This document shows, in pieces, positions 40,673 to 54,157 of a stretch of 64,000 nucleotides of DNA (the first letter of the stretch is position 1; each line of letters opens with the position of its first letter). A model generated the notes under the pieces. The model had not been told where the DNA came from. It saw only the letters and a program-made list of their open reading frames with translations, and did not search any database. The translations under genes and the position numbers were made by a program. The stretch lies in contig CM119266.1 in NCBI GenBank assembly GCA_051294375.1, positions 7,522,933 through 7,586,932 on the forward strand. The letters are read 5' to 3'. Source of the DNA: Paraspadella gotoi (taxonomy: Eukaryota; Animalia; Chaetognatha).

Positions 40673-41658
40673 NNNNNNNNNNNNNNNNNNNNNNNNNNNN
40701 NNNNNNNNNNNNNNNNNNNNNNNNNNNNNNNNNNNNNNNNNNNNNNNNNNNNNNNNNNNNNNNNNNNNNNNNNNNNNNNNNNNNNNNNNNNNNNNNNNNN
40801 NNNNNNNNNNNNNNNNNNNNNNNNNNNNNNNNNNNNNNNNNNNNNNNNNNNNNNNNNNNNNNNNNNNNNNNNNNNNNNNNNNNNNNNNNNNNNNNNNNNN
40901 NNNNNNNNNNNNNNNNNNNNNNNNNNNNNNNNNNNNNNNNNNNNNNNNNNNNNNNNNNNNNNNNNNNNNNNNNNNNNNNNNNNNNNNNNNNNNNNNNNNN
41001 NNNNNNNNNNNNNNNNNNNNNNNNNNNNNNNNNNNNNNNNNNNNNNNNNNNNNNNNNNNNNNNNNNNNNNNNNNNNNNNNNNNNNNNNNNNNNNNNNNNN
41101 NNNNNNNNNNNNNNNNNNNNNNNNNNNNNNNNNNNNNNNNNNNNNNNNNNNNNNNNNNNNNNNNNNNNNNNNNNNNNNNNNNNNNNNNNNNNNNNNNNNN
41201 NNNNNNNNNNNNNNNNNNNNNNNNNNNNNNNNNNNNNNNNNNNNNNNNNNNNNNNNNNNNNNNNNNNNNNNNNNNNNNNNNNNNNNNNNNNNNNNNNNNN
41301 NNNNNNNNNNNNNNNNNNNNNNNNNNNNNNNNNNNNNNNNNNNNNNNNNNNNNNNNNNNNNNNNNNNNNNNNNNNNNNNNNNNNNNNNNNNNNNNNNNNN
41401 NNNNNNNNNNNNNNNNNNNNNNNNNNNNNNNNNNNNNNNNNNNNNNNNNNNTTAAGAGGTTTCAAGGTTTTAAAGTATAGACAACGATGAGGATATTTCG
41501 GACGATAATAGAAAAGTAATGATTAAATATAACTAAAATAATTGAATATATAAACTAAACCAAAAAACAAAAAAAACATTTCTTATTGGGAACCACATAA
41601 AAAAAAACAACTAAAACCTAAGAGAACGAAAGGAAATGAAAAAGGGAGACGTCCTTAC

Positions 41659-41733
41659 CGGGCAGACCCGGGTCACCGGGCAGTCCCGGCTCTCCTCTCG
41701 CCCCCGGGATGCCGGGCTGACCCGGCGGGCCGC
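41659..41733 (-). CDS. Collagen Gly-X-Y exon (3' part; remainder in the gap) of the C1q gene
   Basis: Reads GPPGQPGIPGARGEPGLPGDPGLP then G|GTAAGG (phase-1 donor). A noisy duplicate lies at ~44224-44370. Confidence 0.8.
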
Positions 41734-41937
41734 NNNNNNNNNNNNNNNNNNNNNNNNNNNNNNNNNNNNNNNNNNNNNNNNNNNNNNNNNNNNNNNNNNN
41801 NNNNNNNNNNNNNNNNNNNNNNNNNNNNNNNNNNNNNNNNNNNNNNNNNNNNNNNNNNNNNNNNNNNNNNNNNNNNNNNNNNNNNNNNNNNNNNNNNNNN
41901 NNNNNNNNNNNNNNNNNNNNNNNNNNNNNNNNNNNNN

Positions 41938-41973
<36 letters not shown>

Positions 41974-42562
41974 AAAAGGAAAAGGAGAGAAAAAGATAGG
42001 AGAAAACCGAAAAGAGATAAATAATAACATGAAATATTTATAAAACTAAAAAAAGAAAACAAATATTACAGGTTACAGGTTTCAAGCATTCTAGAATAAC
42101 CATATAACAAAAGATAACGAAAATACAACCATTTGATACAGTTAATACGTAAAAAATACAATTACTGTATTAGTACCAGAGTCGGGATTGAATCCCTGAG
42201 CTTTTAACTGTTGTAACGTGGAACTGTCACTCTTGAGTATGAAGTTGTTCGCTTCATTCTTTCCTGACATGCGAGAGATAGAAAGAGAGGGAAAAGAAAG
42301 AAAGAAAGAGAGAGAAAGAGAGACGGCCATTTAAATTTATCATTCGCATGGTAACAGTGAAAATTACTCACTAGTTCTTTTAGCATCAAAAATAATATGA
42401 ATACTAATATTTGAATGATGCTACGAAAAATAACAGAAAAAAAATCGGCTCTCTTTCATCTCTTTTTGTTTTCTCTTCTTTCCTTTCTTTTCCTTTACTT
42501 TTCTCTCTTCGCCTATCTTTCCTCTCTAACTACTCTCNNNNNNNNNNNNNNNNNNNNNNNNN

Positions 42563-43260
42563 ACAAAGGTAAGCCGGAAATTCTTTTGATTTAAATAATC
42601 ACGCAGGTAAGCCTTTAAGGTTTATAGTTAGATGGACAAGAAGCGGGGAAGCTTTTTTTGATTTAATATTGACAAAGTGACATGCGGTAAAGTTTATTTT
42701 GATAAATGGACAAACGTAAGTGGGAAGCTTTGATTTATTGCTCGCGACAAATTGTCAGCATGAAGCTGTTTTGATTAAAGTGGACATAGTATAAATGCAG
42801 AAGCTATTTTGATTGATTGGACAAATGGGTAAGCGGAGGCGGAGATCTCTTATGAATTGATTGGAAAAAGTAGAAAAGTAAGTGCGGAAGAGTTCTTTGC
42901 ATTGATTGGACCAAGAGAGTGAAGCCGAGAAGCTATTTTTGATTAACATGACAAAGTGAAGCCGGGAAGATTTTTTTGAGTTGCATGGACACAAATGGTA
43001 AGCCGGCGGAAGCTTTCGGTTCTAAATGGACTCGAACGGTAGTCACGAAAGCCTTTAGGGATTAAAGACGAAGATAGCCCAAGTACGCGAGCGTAACCGC
43101 CCAGCTAGGCGAGGAGAGTTTTCAGAATTAAATGCGGCACAGTAAGTGGGAGATTGCCAGATTAATTAAAAAAAATTTAGATTGAAATGTTTTGAGTTAA
43201 GATGCGGGACCAACAAGTTAGCGCGCGACAGCTTTTTGAACATAGGATTCAAAGGTAAAC
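42563..43260. repeat. Inverted copy of the 40140-40672 minisatellite arm
   Basis: Specific variant units match in reverse complement (e.g. acttcgtctttaatc at ~40190 vs gattaaagacgaag at ~43060). Confidence 0.8.
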
Positions 43261-43987
43261 AGAAATCTTTTCGGATAAACACAATGGACTACAAACCGGT
43301 GCATGGCTTTGTTAGGAAATGTTACAATTTTAAAACCAGCCGTAATGGATAGTTTGACAAAGTTTACCAGAATGGAACTGAGGTTAAATTATTAAATAGG
43401 GTTATAAAAGCTTTCTTCAACTCATATACTTGGACAAAGTTCTCATCCAAATTTAGCTTAAAACCAAAATCGTATTTCTTAGTTTTCTTTTTTTTCATTT
43501 TTTTTTTTTAAGGCTTTTCGGGGAACAACGATAAAAGCATTGCGTTTACAAGATTCACTGTTATTTGATGCTACATATCAATTTTAAGCCCAAGGTTTAA
43601 AGTTAAGATTAAGGGGGATTAAAAGAATAAGAGACATTTAATTGGGATGAGATGTATTATCCACGAAAATTAAAGAAAAGCCGAAAAAAAAAAATTTAAC
43701 ATTTTAAGATCTATTGTATAACATCTTTAAACGAGAAGTTGTTTGAGTGTAATTTATTTCGTGTCTTACTAAAATTATAGCTCATTATTCAGAGAAACCT
43801 TGTCTGTAGAAAAAAATTCCTACACTTTACGATCTTATATTTATATATTTCCTGTGAATTTGCCATAAATTTGCATCAATAGCGTAAAGATGAATTCATG
43901 AAAGTTTTCACGAAGGTGTACGTAGAATTTTAAGAGATTTAAGAGTTTTAGAGGTTTTATTAGGTTTTAAGGACGGTGTTTAGAGTT

Positions 43988-46970
43988 TTAAGAGGTTTCA
44001 AGGTTTTAAAGCTATAGAACAGACCGATGAGGATATTCGACGATAATAAGCAAACAGGTAATGATTTTAAAGTGATAACTCAAAATAATTGCAATATTAT
44101 AACACTAAAACCAAGAAAAACAAAAAAAACATTTTCTTTATTGGGAAACCACATGAAAAAAAATAACAACATAAAACCTAAGAGAACGAAAGCGAAATTT
44201 GAAATAAGGGAAGACGTCCTTACCGGGGCGCAGACCCGGGTCATCCGCGGCAGCTCCCGGCTCTCCCACTCGCCCCCGGGATTGCCGGCGGCTGAACCCG
44301 CAGCCGGGACCGCGCCACGGGCCGACGATCGGCAACCGAACGGGGGCGACGCGGTCCTCGCCGCCACTTGATCTCCAGATGGACTGGCCTGCGGGGGGGG
44401 CGCCTCTGACGCGGGTGGGGGGAAGAACGGGTTGGCGAGGAGAGTAGACGATGGAGAGAGACGAAGAGAGAGGAGAAACCAGGATGGGACAGACTTCCTG
44501 AAGAACGAGAGAGAGAGGAGACGTCTTTCGCGACACAATGAACGAAGCAGAGGATGACGAGACGGAGAGGAGAGAGAGAGAGGGCCGAGAAAAGTGAAAA
44601 GGAGAGAAAAAGATAGGAGAAAAACCGAAAAGGAGATTAAAATTAAATAACCATGAAATATTTTCATAAGAACTAAAAAAAGAAAACACATAATATTACA
44701 AGGGTGCGTTTCACAGGTGTTTCAAGCATGTCTAGAAAACCATCATAAACCAAATGGACTAACGAAATATAAAAACACATTTGGATACAGTCGAATACGT
44801 AAAAAAAATACAGATTACTGCTGATTCCTCAGTACCAGAGTCGGGATTAATAACCCTGAGCTTGTTTAACCTGTGACCACCTGTAACGTTGGAACTGTCA
44901 CTCTTTGAGTATGAAAGTCTGTTTCCTTCATTCTTTTCCTGACGCGATGCGAGGACGATATAAAGAGAGGGTGAAAAAAAGAAAGATAAGAGTAGAGTGA
45001 GAAAGAGAGGACGGCCATTTTGTAAATTTATCACTAGGAGCGAGCAACTCTCGCTTCAAAAATATAAATTCAACATTTTCTAATTATGAGATTTCCTGCA
45101 TATAAAAATCTGACGGCTACCCAAATTTTGCAAACGAGATAATTCCCGAAGCAAATATCTGGAGTAGAAAAGAACAGTGTAAAAACCACACGATTCCGGA
45201 GTAGCGCTTTATATTCTTGTAAGAGCTTATGCCAATATTTCGTCTCTAACCCCTGCTTATCGGCATCTTTGATAAAGAGTTTTAATATCAAACAAGCCAG
45301 GGGGAACATGCACTAGTCCATCTGCCGGCTCTGCGGAGAATTTTCAAACCTTGTTTTTACTATAGAATATGAAAGGGACAAATTTTGCTTTTTCAAAAAT
45401 TGCTAAACGGGGCTAGGCGCTCCTGCAGATGCTTGTAATGTTAACCAGTTTATAAATATTACTTCGAATTCTTTGAGATATTAAAAAGTCCTCTTTGCTC
45501 CATAGAGCTTGCCAAATTTTTACTTTTTCATTACTTGTGACCACACACTCTTCATAGCCTAAACAGCAACATTGTTAAAGCTCCACTTTCCGTCTGGTTT
45601 TGACAACATGAAATTTTTATTTTAACTAAGACTACATCCTCAAAGGCAAGTGTGGAGAGGAAAAAACTTGATTTTTCCCTGATATCTCTTGAAGGCCAAC
45701 CAAAAGGATACGAGTCGATTTGGCCAATCTAGTACCAAACAATGACAGGCCACAATCTAATCCATTTAGGAGCAGCATACAAGTGCACTCGAGAGTATTA
45801 GAAATTATTTTTGCTGAATAAACCTCTCTTACAGGTGTGAGTGCTCAACCACTACAGTCTCAAAATTAAATTAATGAATTTTTTAAAACTAATGAAACCC
45901 CATAAAAAATAAAATTGAAAAGTTAAATGTTCTTTTTAAGTGCATTCTGAAAGAAAAAGGCTAAATTGCTACACTTATAGTAAACACTTTAAAGTTTTAT
46001 TGGATTAAAGAAAATATAATTTTTTTTTCACATTAAATCATTTGCCTTCACTGACTATTTACCAAGCATGCCCCTGTACAAGCAATTCTACCAAAATTAA
46101 TTTTAATCACCCCGCCATCAAGACACCATAACTATTTATTCTTTTCTTTTCCCGCCACACCAAGCAAAACGTTATAACATAGATAAAAGCATCTATTATT
46201 ATGTTTAACGAGAACAGTGGATGTTTACGTGAAATGAGCTGAGAGACAGACGTTCACGCCTCTTCCCACGGTTTAATGTCATTTTTCAAAATAAAATAGC
46301 AGCGAAATTCTTTTACATCTATTTTGAACTCCTCACCCGGCTTACAATAGCATTTTACTTTCATAATTATCCCAATGGTAATTTGATTCTATTTGATATT
46401 TTTTTACGCGAGAAATCGATAAAATATACAGAAAGTTATGGATTTCCCTTGTTACTCGCTCGTTAAGAAAAAAAAAGTTATCAATCTAAGCGGGAACTTA
46501 TTAAGTAATTGTAAGCAGGAAGAAGTCAGAATCGGCTGAAAATCCTTTAAAGGCCGAGTTAATGTTGAAAAAAAGGGGTATGCGAATTTTGATGGGGGTT
46601 TCCTAAGATTTCTCGCACAATGTTGAGGTACCGATTAAAACGCGAAACTTGAGATTTTACAAGCTTGCGATTCCGTCATTTCCAGCAGTCTATCGATATA
46701 AACATATAGATAAAAAGTGCACTGGCCTCTTTTGCTATAGCGGCTTGCCTATTTATCATTCGACATGGTAAACAGTGACTAGAAACATTGAACCGCTGCC
46801 ACTAGTTTCTGTTTAGCATCAAAAATAATATTGTAATACTAATATTTTTGAATGATCTACGAAAAATCAATAGAAAAAAATGATCGGCTCTCTGTTCTAT
46901 CTTTTGTCTCTCTTTCCTTTCTTTTCATTCTTTACCTTTTCGCTCTTCGTCTCTCTCGATCTCTAAATTA
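43988..46970 (+). repeat. Noisy direct duplicate of 41452-42537, interrupted by a 1.7-kb insertion
   Basis: 43988-45033 matches 41452-42342, and 46752-46970 matches 42335-42537. Confidence 0.8.
45035..46751. mobile_element. Putative hAT-like DNA transposon insertion (~1.7 kb, no intact ORF)
   Basis: Absent from the other copy at ~42340. It is flanked by an 8-bp duplication (tttatcac/tttatcat, or atttatca twice), and the ends are TAGG...CCTA with imperfect TIRs. Confidence 0.6.
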
Positions 46971-47339
46971 ATGTCTCCTTCCTTTACCCTCTTTTTGGCA
47001 AAACACTTTACCCTTTTCAGCTATTAATTAAAAAAAAATGTTTTTTTTGTTCTGTTCGAAATGAATTCACCATTTTTCTCCATTTCTTCACCCTTGTCAT
47101 TTCTTATGTCATATTTCACCTCTTTTCTCATTTCTTTTTGTGTTCCTGGTTCATTTCTTAACCGTCATTATGTTCCACGAACTTACTTTTTTAACCCAAA
47201 ACAACTGTTTTTCACATGTGATGTAATCACGGACTGTTGTTTCTTCTGCCTTTTATTTTTTTTCTCAAGCTCGTTGATGATAACCCTCGGTTTGACCCTT
47301 GCGCCTGATCTCTAAACATTATGGCCTCCGCCATCTTAT

Positions 47340-47660
47340 CCACCTTTGTCCCTACACCCCTTAATCCTCCTCCACCCTTTGTTCTGTTCCCACCTCCTCA
47401 CCCTTTGTCCCTTCCCCCCTCCCCCATCTCACACTTTGCTCCCCCACAAATGCTCTTCACCCTTTGTCCCCTCCCCCACCTCCATCACCCTTTGTTCCTT
47501 CACCCCCTCCACTCTCACACCTTTGTCCCTCCCCCCACAAATCCTGCACCCTTCTGTCCCTCCCACATACCTACCCTCCTCACCCTTTAGTCCGCTTTCC
47601 CCCGTTCCATCTCACTCTTTGTCCCTCCCCCCAAAATCTCCTACCTTTTGTCTGTTCCCC
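47340..47660. repeat. C-rich degenerate minisatellite (cccctttgtccctcccc)
   Basis: Repeated ccctttgtccct units; G-rich on the minus strand. Confidence 0.75.
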
Positions 47661-48005
47661 CTGCGCGGTTATCGCCGGACGAGATTGTTCGCTGCGTGAT
47701 GTCGCCTTGGACGATACGCAACCAAGCATCCCACCAAACGCCGAGAACGACGTGGAGAAGAAGGCAAGTCAGTAAGAACCCCGAAGACTTGTGAGCACAA
47801 CATCCTCTCTTTGCTTGCTTGCCCGCTTGCGATTCTATACTGCAGTTGCTAGGGGGACAGACGCACGGTCGAGTCGCCGCTCGCGCCTGTCCGTTGAGGA
47901 CCACAACAGGCGCGCCGCGCACGGGGCGGCGCATCGGTCCTCGGTGCGACGAAGCACCCTCTATCCTCAAGGCCTCGCAAGCAACGCGCGCTCGTGCCGT
48001 CAGGG
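47660..48005 (-). CDS. Possible noisy exon; on the minus strand a signal-peptide-like stretch (MLCSQVFG..FLLTCLLLHVVLG) could be the 5' exon of the collagen-C1q gene
   Basis: An isolated GC-rich block upstream of the collagen exon. It needs indel corrections, the splice sites are not clean and the strand is uncertain. Confidence 0.25.
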
Positions 48006-48074
48006 GTGGAGTGCCGGGGTTTGTGCGGGGTGGCGAGGGTTTTTAAGGATTCATTATTAGCACGTGAGGAGGAT

Positions 48075-48335
48075 AGCGACTGAGATTTACTATTACTCAC
48101 ACTTAAATACATTTATAATTATATTTAGAGTAACTCAGATTTAATAGGATTCATATTTACAGTGACTGATATTTCCTGGGATTTATTTTCGTAGTGACTG
48201 AGATTTAATATAATGTATATTTAAAGTGACTGAGAATTACTAGGATCTATTTTTATAGTGACAGAGATTTACTAGGATTTATATTTATAATGACTAAGAT
48301 TTACTGGGATTTATATTTATAGTACTGAGATTTAT
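48075..48335. repeat. ~32-bp minisatellite (gtgactgagatttactaggatttatatttata)
   Basis: About 8 tandem units are visible. Confidence 0.85.
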
Positions 48336-49360
48336 CTTTTGGTTGTAAAAGGAGCGTCGCCGAAATTTTGTTAGCAATTTCGTTATATATACTTGTTATT
48401 ATAAGTTCTGTTGCTAATCTTCATTTTAAAATAAATCTAAAATAGAAAATAAAGTGAAAAATATATTCTTAGAATCTATCTCCTACATTCGCAGTTGTAA
48501 CTCCACTCTATCCCTCTCTTTCTCTCCTTTTTCATCTCCATCTCCATCTCTTAATTTTCTCTCCTCTCCTCTCTCTCCTCTTCTTTCCTCTCTCCCTATC
48601 CCTCTCCTCCCCTTCTCCCTCTCTTCCTCCCCTCGTCTTCTTTCTTCCGCCAAATTTCCTCCACCGACGACGAAATCATCTCAGCGACAACGACAACAAC
48701 AACAACGACAACAACAATAAACAAAAGACGATTCTCTTTCTCAGTTGAAATAAAATGGGGTATTAACTTCAATAAAAACGAAACAACATTTGTTTTCACG
48801 ATTGAGGTTTACGGGGATAAAAACATTGATAAACATAATAAAATTAGTAGCAATGAAGTAGCACAGTATAGAGAAGGTTTTTTTATTTTATTGAAGAAAA
48901 GCGCAAAATAGATCAAATTCAAAAGTGCTAGTTTCAATTGAATCAAGTGGTAAAAGAAAATGTTGATGACAAAAAAATGTTTTTTGAATTTTTTTAATAG
49001 AAAATAATCTATAATTTATGATTATTGAACCAATAAATTCGATTCGAAATTATCGTTTGAACGATTCGAAATTATCGTTGAACGATATTCGTTCACTGTT
49101 GTCTATTTACCTCATTTTGACCGACATCTGAGATTGTTTTTTGTATTATTTTCAATCAATAATATGAGAGCTGGTCGTATTTTTTTTAAAAATAAAATAC
49201 TTGAGTTTTCAAATACTCTTTGAATTTAAAGTACATAAATCGCATAGTTGAAGGGGAGAAAAATAGCGTCCGACTGTGGCCAAAGGCGGAAGTGAAATGA
49301 AAAGTTTTTGTTGTGAGAAAAATCGCGAAACGGAACCCGGATAGAAAAGAGAGATTAAAT

Positions 49361-49418
<58 letters not shown>

Positions 49419-49889
49419 TTTTACCTTCTACCTCACCAACCTTCCTCTCACTCTCTTTCCTCTTTCTCTTCTTCTTTTCTCATTTTCCTCTCAGTCTCTT
49501 TCTTCATCCCTCTCTCACTCTCTCCCTCTCTCCCCTCTCTCTCTCTCTCTCCTGTCCGATCAACAAAATCCCTCTTCGTCCCGTCTTCAGTTTGTGGCTA
49601 AAGAGATCCAAAGTGAACGACAACAACAACAACAACAACCACCACAATTTTTGGTCGAGACGATTCGGCGCTGAATTGTCGGTGAGTTTCTGTTGTGATG
49701 TGATGTTTGTGATGTTTGTGATGTTGTGATGTTTCCCGTCGATGGCGGAGTCGGTTAACGACGGCGAAAGTCGCCGGGATGAAGTGGAGTTTTTGCCGGA
49801 AGAGAAAAAAAACCGGACGTCGGAATGCCGGAAATAAATTTGATGTAGATTGTGAAGAAATTAGGATCTTTTTTTTCTTAATCCAAGAA

Positions 49890-49997
49890 CTTAATCTTTA
49901 TCTTAATCTTTATCTTAATCTTTATCTTAATCTTTATCTTAATCATCATCTTAATCTTTATTTTAATCTTTATCTTAATCTTTATCTTAATCTTTAT
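49890..49997. repeat. 12-bp tandem repeat (cttaatctttat)n
   Basis: Directly visible. Confidence 0.9.
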
Positions 49998-50278
49998 CCA
50001 AATATTTAATATTGTGATCGAAAAGGATCAGTGGTTAATTTTTGAGCCCAGCGACGAAATAGGCCCAGAGACCCAAATCAGCCCGGGACCAGGGCTGGGC
50101 TGGGCTGGGCCTGGTTGATGGATAGCAGGATTTATGACTCTCGAAAACCCGTGCCGGAGCCAGTTGTTGTGTTGTCGTTTTTGTTGTTGTTGTAAGATAA
50201 GAAAATCGCTTTAGGGCAAAAGAAATGCACGCAAATTATAAAAACATACAATTAATTCTAAGAGAGCAAAAGGCTTGT

Positions 50279-50363
50279 ATCATATCATATCATATCATAT
50301 CATATCATATCATATCATATCATATCATATCATATCATATCAAATCAAATCATATCAAATCAT
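50279..50363. repeat. (CATAT)n microsatellite
   Basis: Directly visible. Confidence 0.9.
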
Positions 50364-51685
50364 AATAACCATATAAATTTCAGTCAGACCAGCTTGAAAT
50401 TAGTAGTGCAACCAATTTTACTGAATGTAATTCCCGAATGAGAAAAGTTTAAAATAAACGTAAGCAATGCATTAGGTACATTTGTTCTTGCATATCATAT
50501 CATATCATATCCTGTAGTAGACCGTTGACAGTAACAGTAACAGTGGTAATAATAATCTATACTTAAACCATTCCAATTTTTTTATCTTTACCTTTTACCT
50601 TTTACCTTTTTCAGTCGCAAAATCAAAATCTACTTTTATTTTCTCCTTTCTCTTTCTACCTTCGCTTTTTTTCCCTTCCTTTTTTTTTACCTTATTTTTC
50701 TTTCTTCTACTTTTTCCTTTTTTTTTCTCCTTTTTCCTCTTTCTTTTTCTTTTCTTTTTTTCCTTTTCTTTACTTTTTTCTTTGTTCTACTTTTTCCTTT
50801 CTTTTTTATTTCTCCTTTTCCCCTTTTTTTTTCTTTTTCTTTCCTTTTTTCTTTTTCTTTCCTTCTTTTCTTTCTTCTACTTTTTCCTTTCTTTTTTTAT
50901 TTCTCCTTTTCCCCTTTATTTTTTTTCTTTTTCTTTCCTTTTTTCTTTTTCTTTCCTTCTTTTCTTTCTTCTACTTTTTCCTTTCTTTTTTTATTTCTCC
51001 TTTTCCCCTTTATTTTTTTTCTTTTTCTTTCCTTTTTTCTTTTTCTTTCCTTCTTTTCTTTCTTCTACTTTCGAAAAATCTCAATGACAAAAAAACAGGG
51101 TCCGGAAATTTTTTTATTTATTTTTTTCTCTTTGTTATGTTAAAAGTAGGTCGTTCGATTCGCATTCGCCATAACTTTTTATATTTAAAATATTTATTAT
51201 TTAATTTAGATTTTGTTGCACGATAAAAAAAATGTAGTCAATGACACAACTCGACGAAACTTCTCTTGTAAATAACGAATAATAACGAATAATAATTTAT
51301 AGATTAAACTGATATCAAAGAAGTATATATATTTCAACGATAATAATAAAAAAACTATTAACAACTTGTCAAATAAACTAACCTCTTTGATGTATCCCGC
51401 GCGTCCAATCAAAAAAAATAAAAACCCAAAATTATCTTCTATTCTTTTTTTTAAATTTTTTATTTTTTTAAATCTTTGAACGACATGTGAGCGTATTGAT
51501 TGATTGATTGATTGCTTGATCGATCGATCGTGTTGGGTTGGTGCGATTAACGTCGGCATATACGTATTTTGTATCAATTAGTTTCCTTCGTTTATTTTTA
51601 TTTATTTTATTTGTTTACTTGTTTCTCTTCACTCTCTTTTTTTGGGCGGGACCTTATATGTTTTTATTTGGGACGGAATTTCTAA

Positions 51686-51716
<31 letters not shown>

Positions 51717-51992
51717 TCTCGTCGTCGTCCTCGTCGTCGTCGTCGTCATCGGCGTTCATGGGCGTCGTCCATCCGACTTTCCGCCTTTTTTTTTTTTTTT
51801 GGAACGCGAAGGGAGAAGAAAAGAAAATGACAGAGACAGAGACGCCGAATCGCGAGAGGGAGACAACTCGGATGGAGAAGATCGGGAAGCGCGGGAGACG
51901 AGAGCGTGAGAGTCGCGAGGAGGAAAAAGAAGGGGGAGAGAGAGGAGAGATGGGAGAGAGAGAGAGAGGGAAGAGAGAGAGAGGAGAGAGAG

Positions 51993-52060
<68 letters not shown>

Positions 52061-52156
52061 GGACAAAGGCACAAAATATCGACCAAGTTAATGATGACCA
52101 AAATGTGAGTCTCTCTTTTCTAAGAAAAGGTTGGAAGGGAAATGGCGTCCTTCATG

Positions 52157-52223
52157 GAATGAATGAATGAATGAATGAATGAAACAATTAATGAATGAAT
52201 GAATGAATGAATGAATGGAACAA

Positions 52224-52270
<47 letters not shown>

Positions 52271-52299
52271 ATGAAGGAATGAAACAATAAATAAATAGA

Positions 52300-52390
<91 letters not shown>

Positions 52391-52412
52391 AAGAATGAAA
52401 GAATAAATGAAT
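52157..52412. repeat. (GAAT)n/(AAAT)n compound microsatellite
   Basis: Directly visible. Confidence 0.95.
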
Positions 52413-52993
52413 AATTTTTTATTACAGTTAATGTATATTAATAAATATTTATAGAAGTCTTACATTCAATTTACGTGACAATTCGTTGAACAAACACTTT
52501 CCTCTCGAAAGAGTCTTCACAGCCGTCAAACACTTTGGCAGACAGATGGGCAAACCTAAACATGACCCCTTCGCATTGCTGTGGACTGTGGCTAAAGAAC
52601 AGAACCTCATCATTTCCGTTTACTATTTAAACGTATTCAGTGAAAGACGTCATCTAATCTCACATCAAATATCCGCTATTTATAATTTCGAAAACTAATC
52701 CCTTTCCCACTATATAAACTAGACTAAACTAGAAAATACAAACACAACGATTAAATTCCATCAGGAATACAAAAATACAAAATCCCTTTTTCTCCCCCCC
52801 CCCCACCACATTTTTTTTTCTCCGCGAAAAGACTAATTTAATTGCTTTTCTTCCCTTCTTCCTTTTCGTTCGATGTATTTTCTTTCTCTCACAAAAATCT
52901 TTTCGTTTTGTTTTGATTTCTCTCCAATTTTTTCGAAAGGATTTTCATGGAATCAAAACCAAATTGAAGTTTTACGTTGCTTTGGGTGTAGGG

Positions 52994-53064
<71 letters not shown>

Positions 53065-53262
53065 TTATTGTCACCGATTCTTTCACCTTCTAAAATTACC
53101 AAACGACTGCTTCCACCAAGCACCAAGCACCAAGCAACTCCAATCTGAGGGAGACGCGCAGGTGTGGCGTCAACTCTTTTCTTCGTCATTAAATTTAAAG
53201 TAAAACCTGGAAAAAATTCCAAGGAATTCAAAGTCCAGACAGAACCCAGTTTCATTTTCTTG

Positions 53263-53307
<45 letters not shown>

Positions 53308-54121
53308 AAGATGGACAATTTAATTGGTTATTTGTATTATTCTTTTAATGGTTTTTACTTTATAGTTTGCATTGATTGGCTTTGTTTTTTCAATATTTTT
53401 GTTCTTTGACTGGTTACAATTTTCTAAATATATTAATATAGTAACAATCAAGTCACTAAATTAACAAAAAACGCCCCTCATAAAAGTAACTAAGTAGCCA
53501 AACTAACTCAACGTATTCTCATATCCCATAAGCAATTCGAAACCGAGCAATCAGAGAACGACCAAGCTAAACCAAGCTAAACCAAGCGACCGTTAAATTC
53601 ATGAAACCGAAAAAGTCATAAACTGAAACGAGGATGGGATTCGGCGGGAAAATTCGAAAGATGCGCCGTTTTTATGGCGGGAAAAAAAATGAAGTAATGA
53701 TGAGTGAAATTGTGATGGGAGAGTTGGAACGTGAAACGAAACTACAGCTGTAGTACAGGGAAATAAAATTAGGAAATTATAAATTGAGTAAATGAATACA
53801 ATTTAAATTAAAAAATCCAAAATTAAAATCAAAATTCAAAAAAGAATAAAAAACATTTTGAAAAAGCAAACGTAAACGTTTGATAAGTCGACTAAGAAAT
53901 TGGTTCGAAAATATAGTTATATAAAATAATACGGAAGTAGAAAAAAAAGAAAAGAATAAAAAATAAGAAAGAAAAGACAAAGAAAAAAAAATAGGGATGA
54001 GAACCCGAAAGAAAGAAAAAAGAAAAAAAAGAAAGAAAAAAGGAAAAAAAAAAGAAAGAGAGAAATTGAAAAATTTATGAGCGATTAACCGAAAACGAAA
54101 GGAACTTCTTCAACGCCATTT

Positions 54122-54157
<36 letters not shown>

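Noticed and set aside
39975-43260. CRISPR-like array (~34-bp repeats)
   Set aside because: The units are contiguous and degenerate with no unique spacers, there are no cas genes, and the context is eukaryotic.
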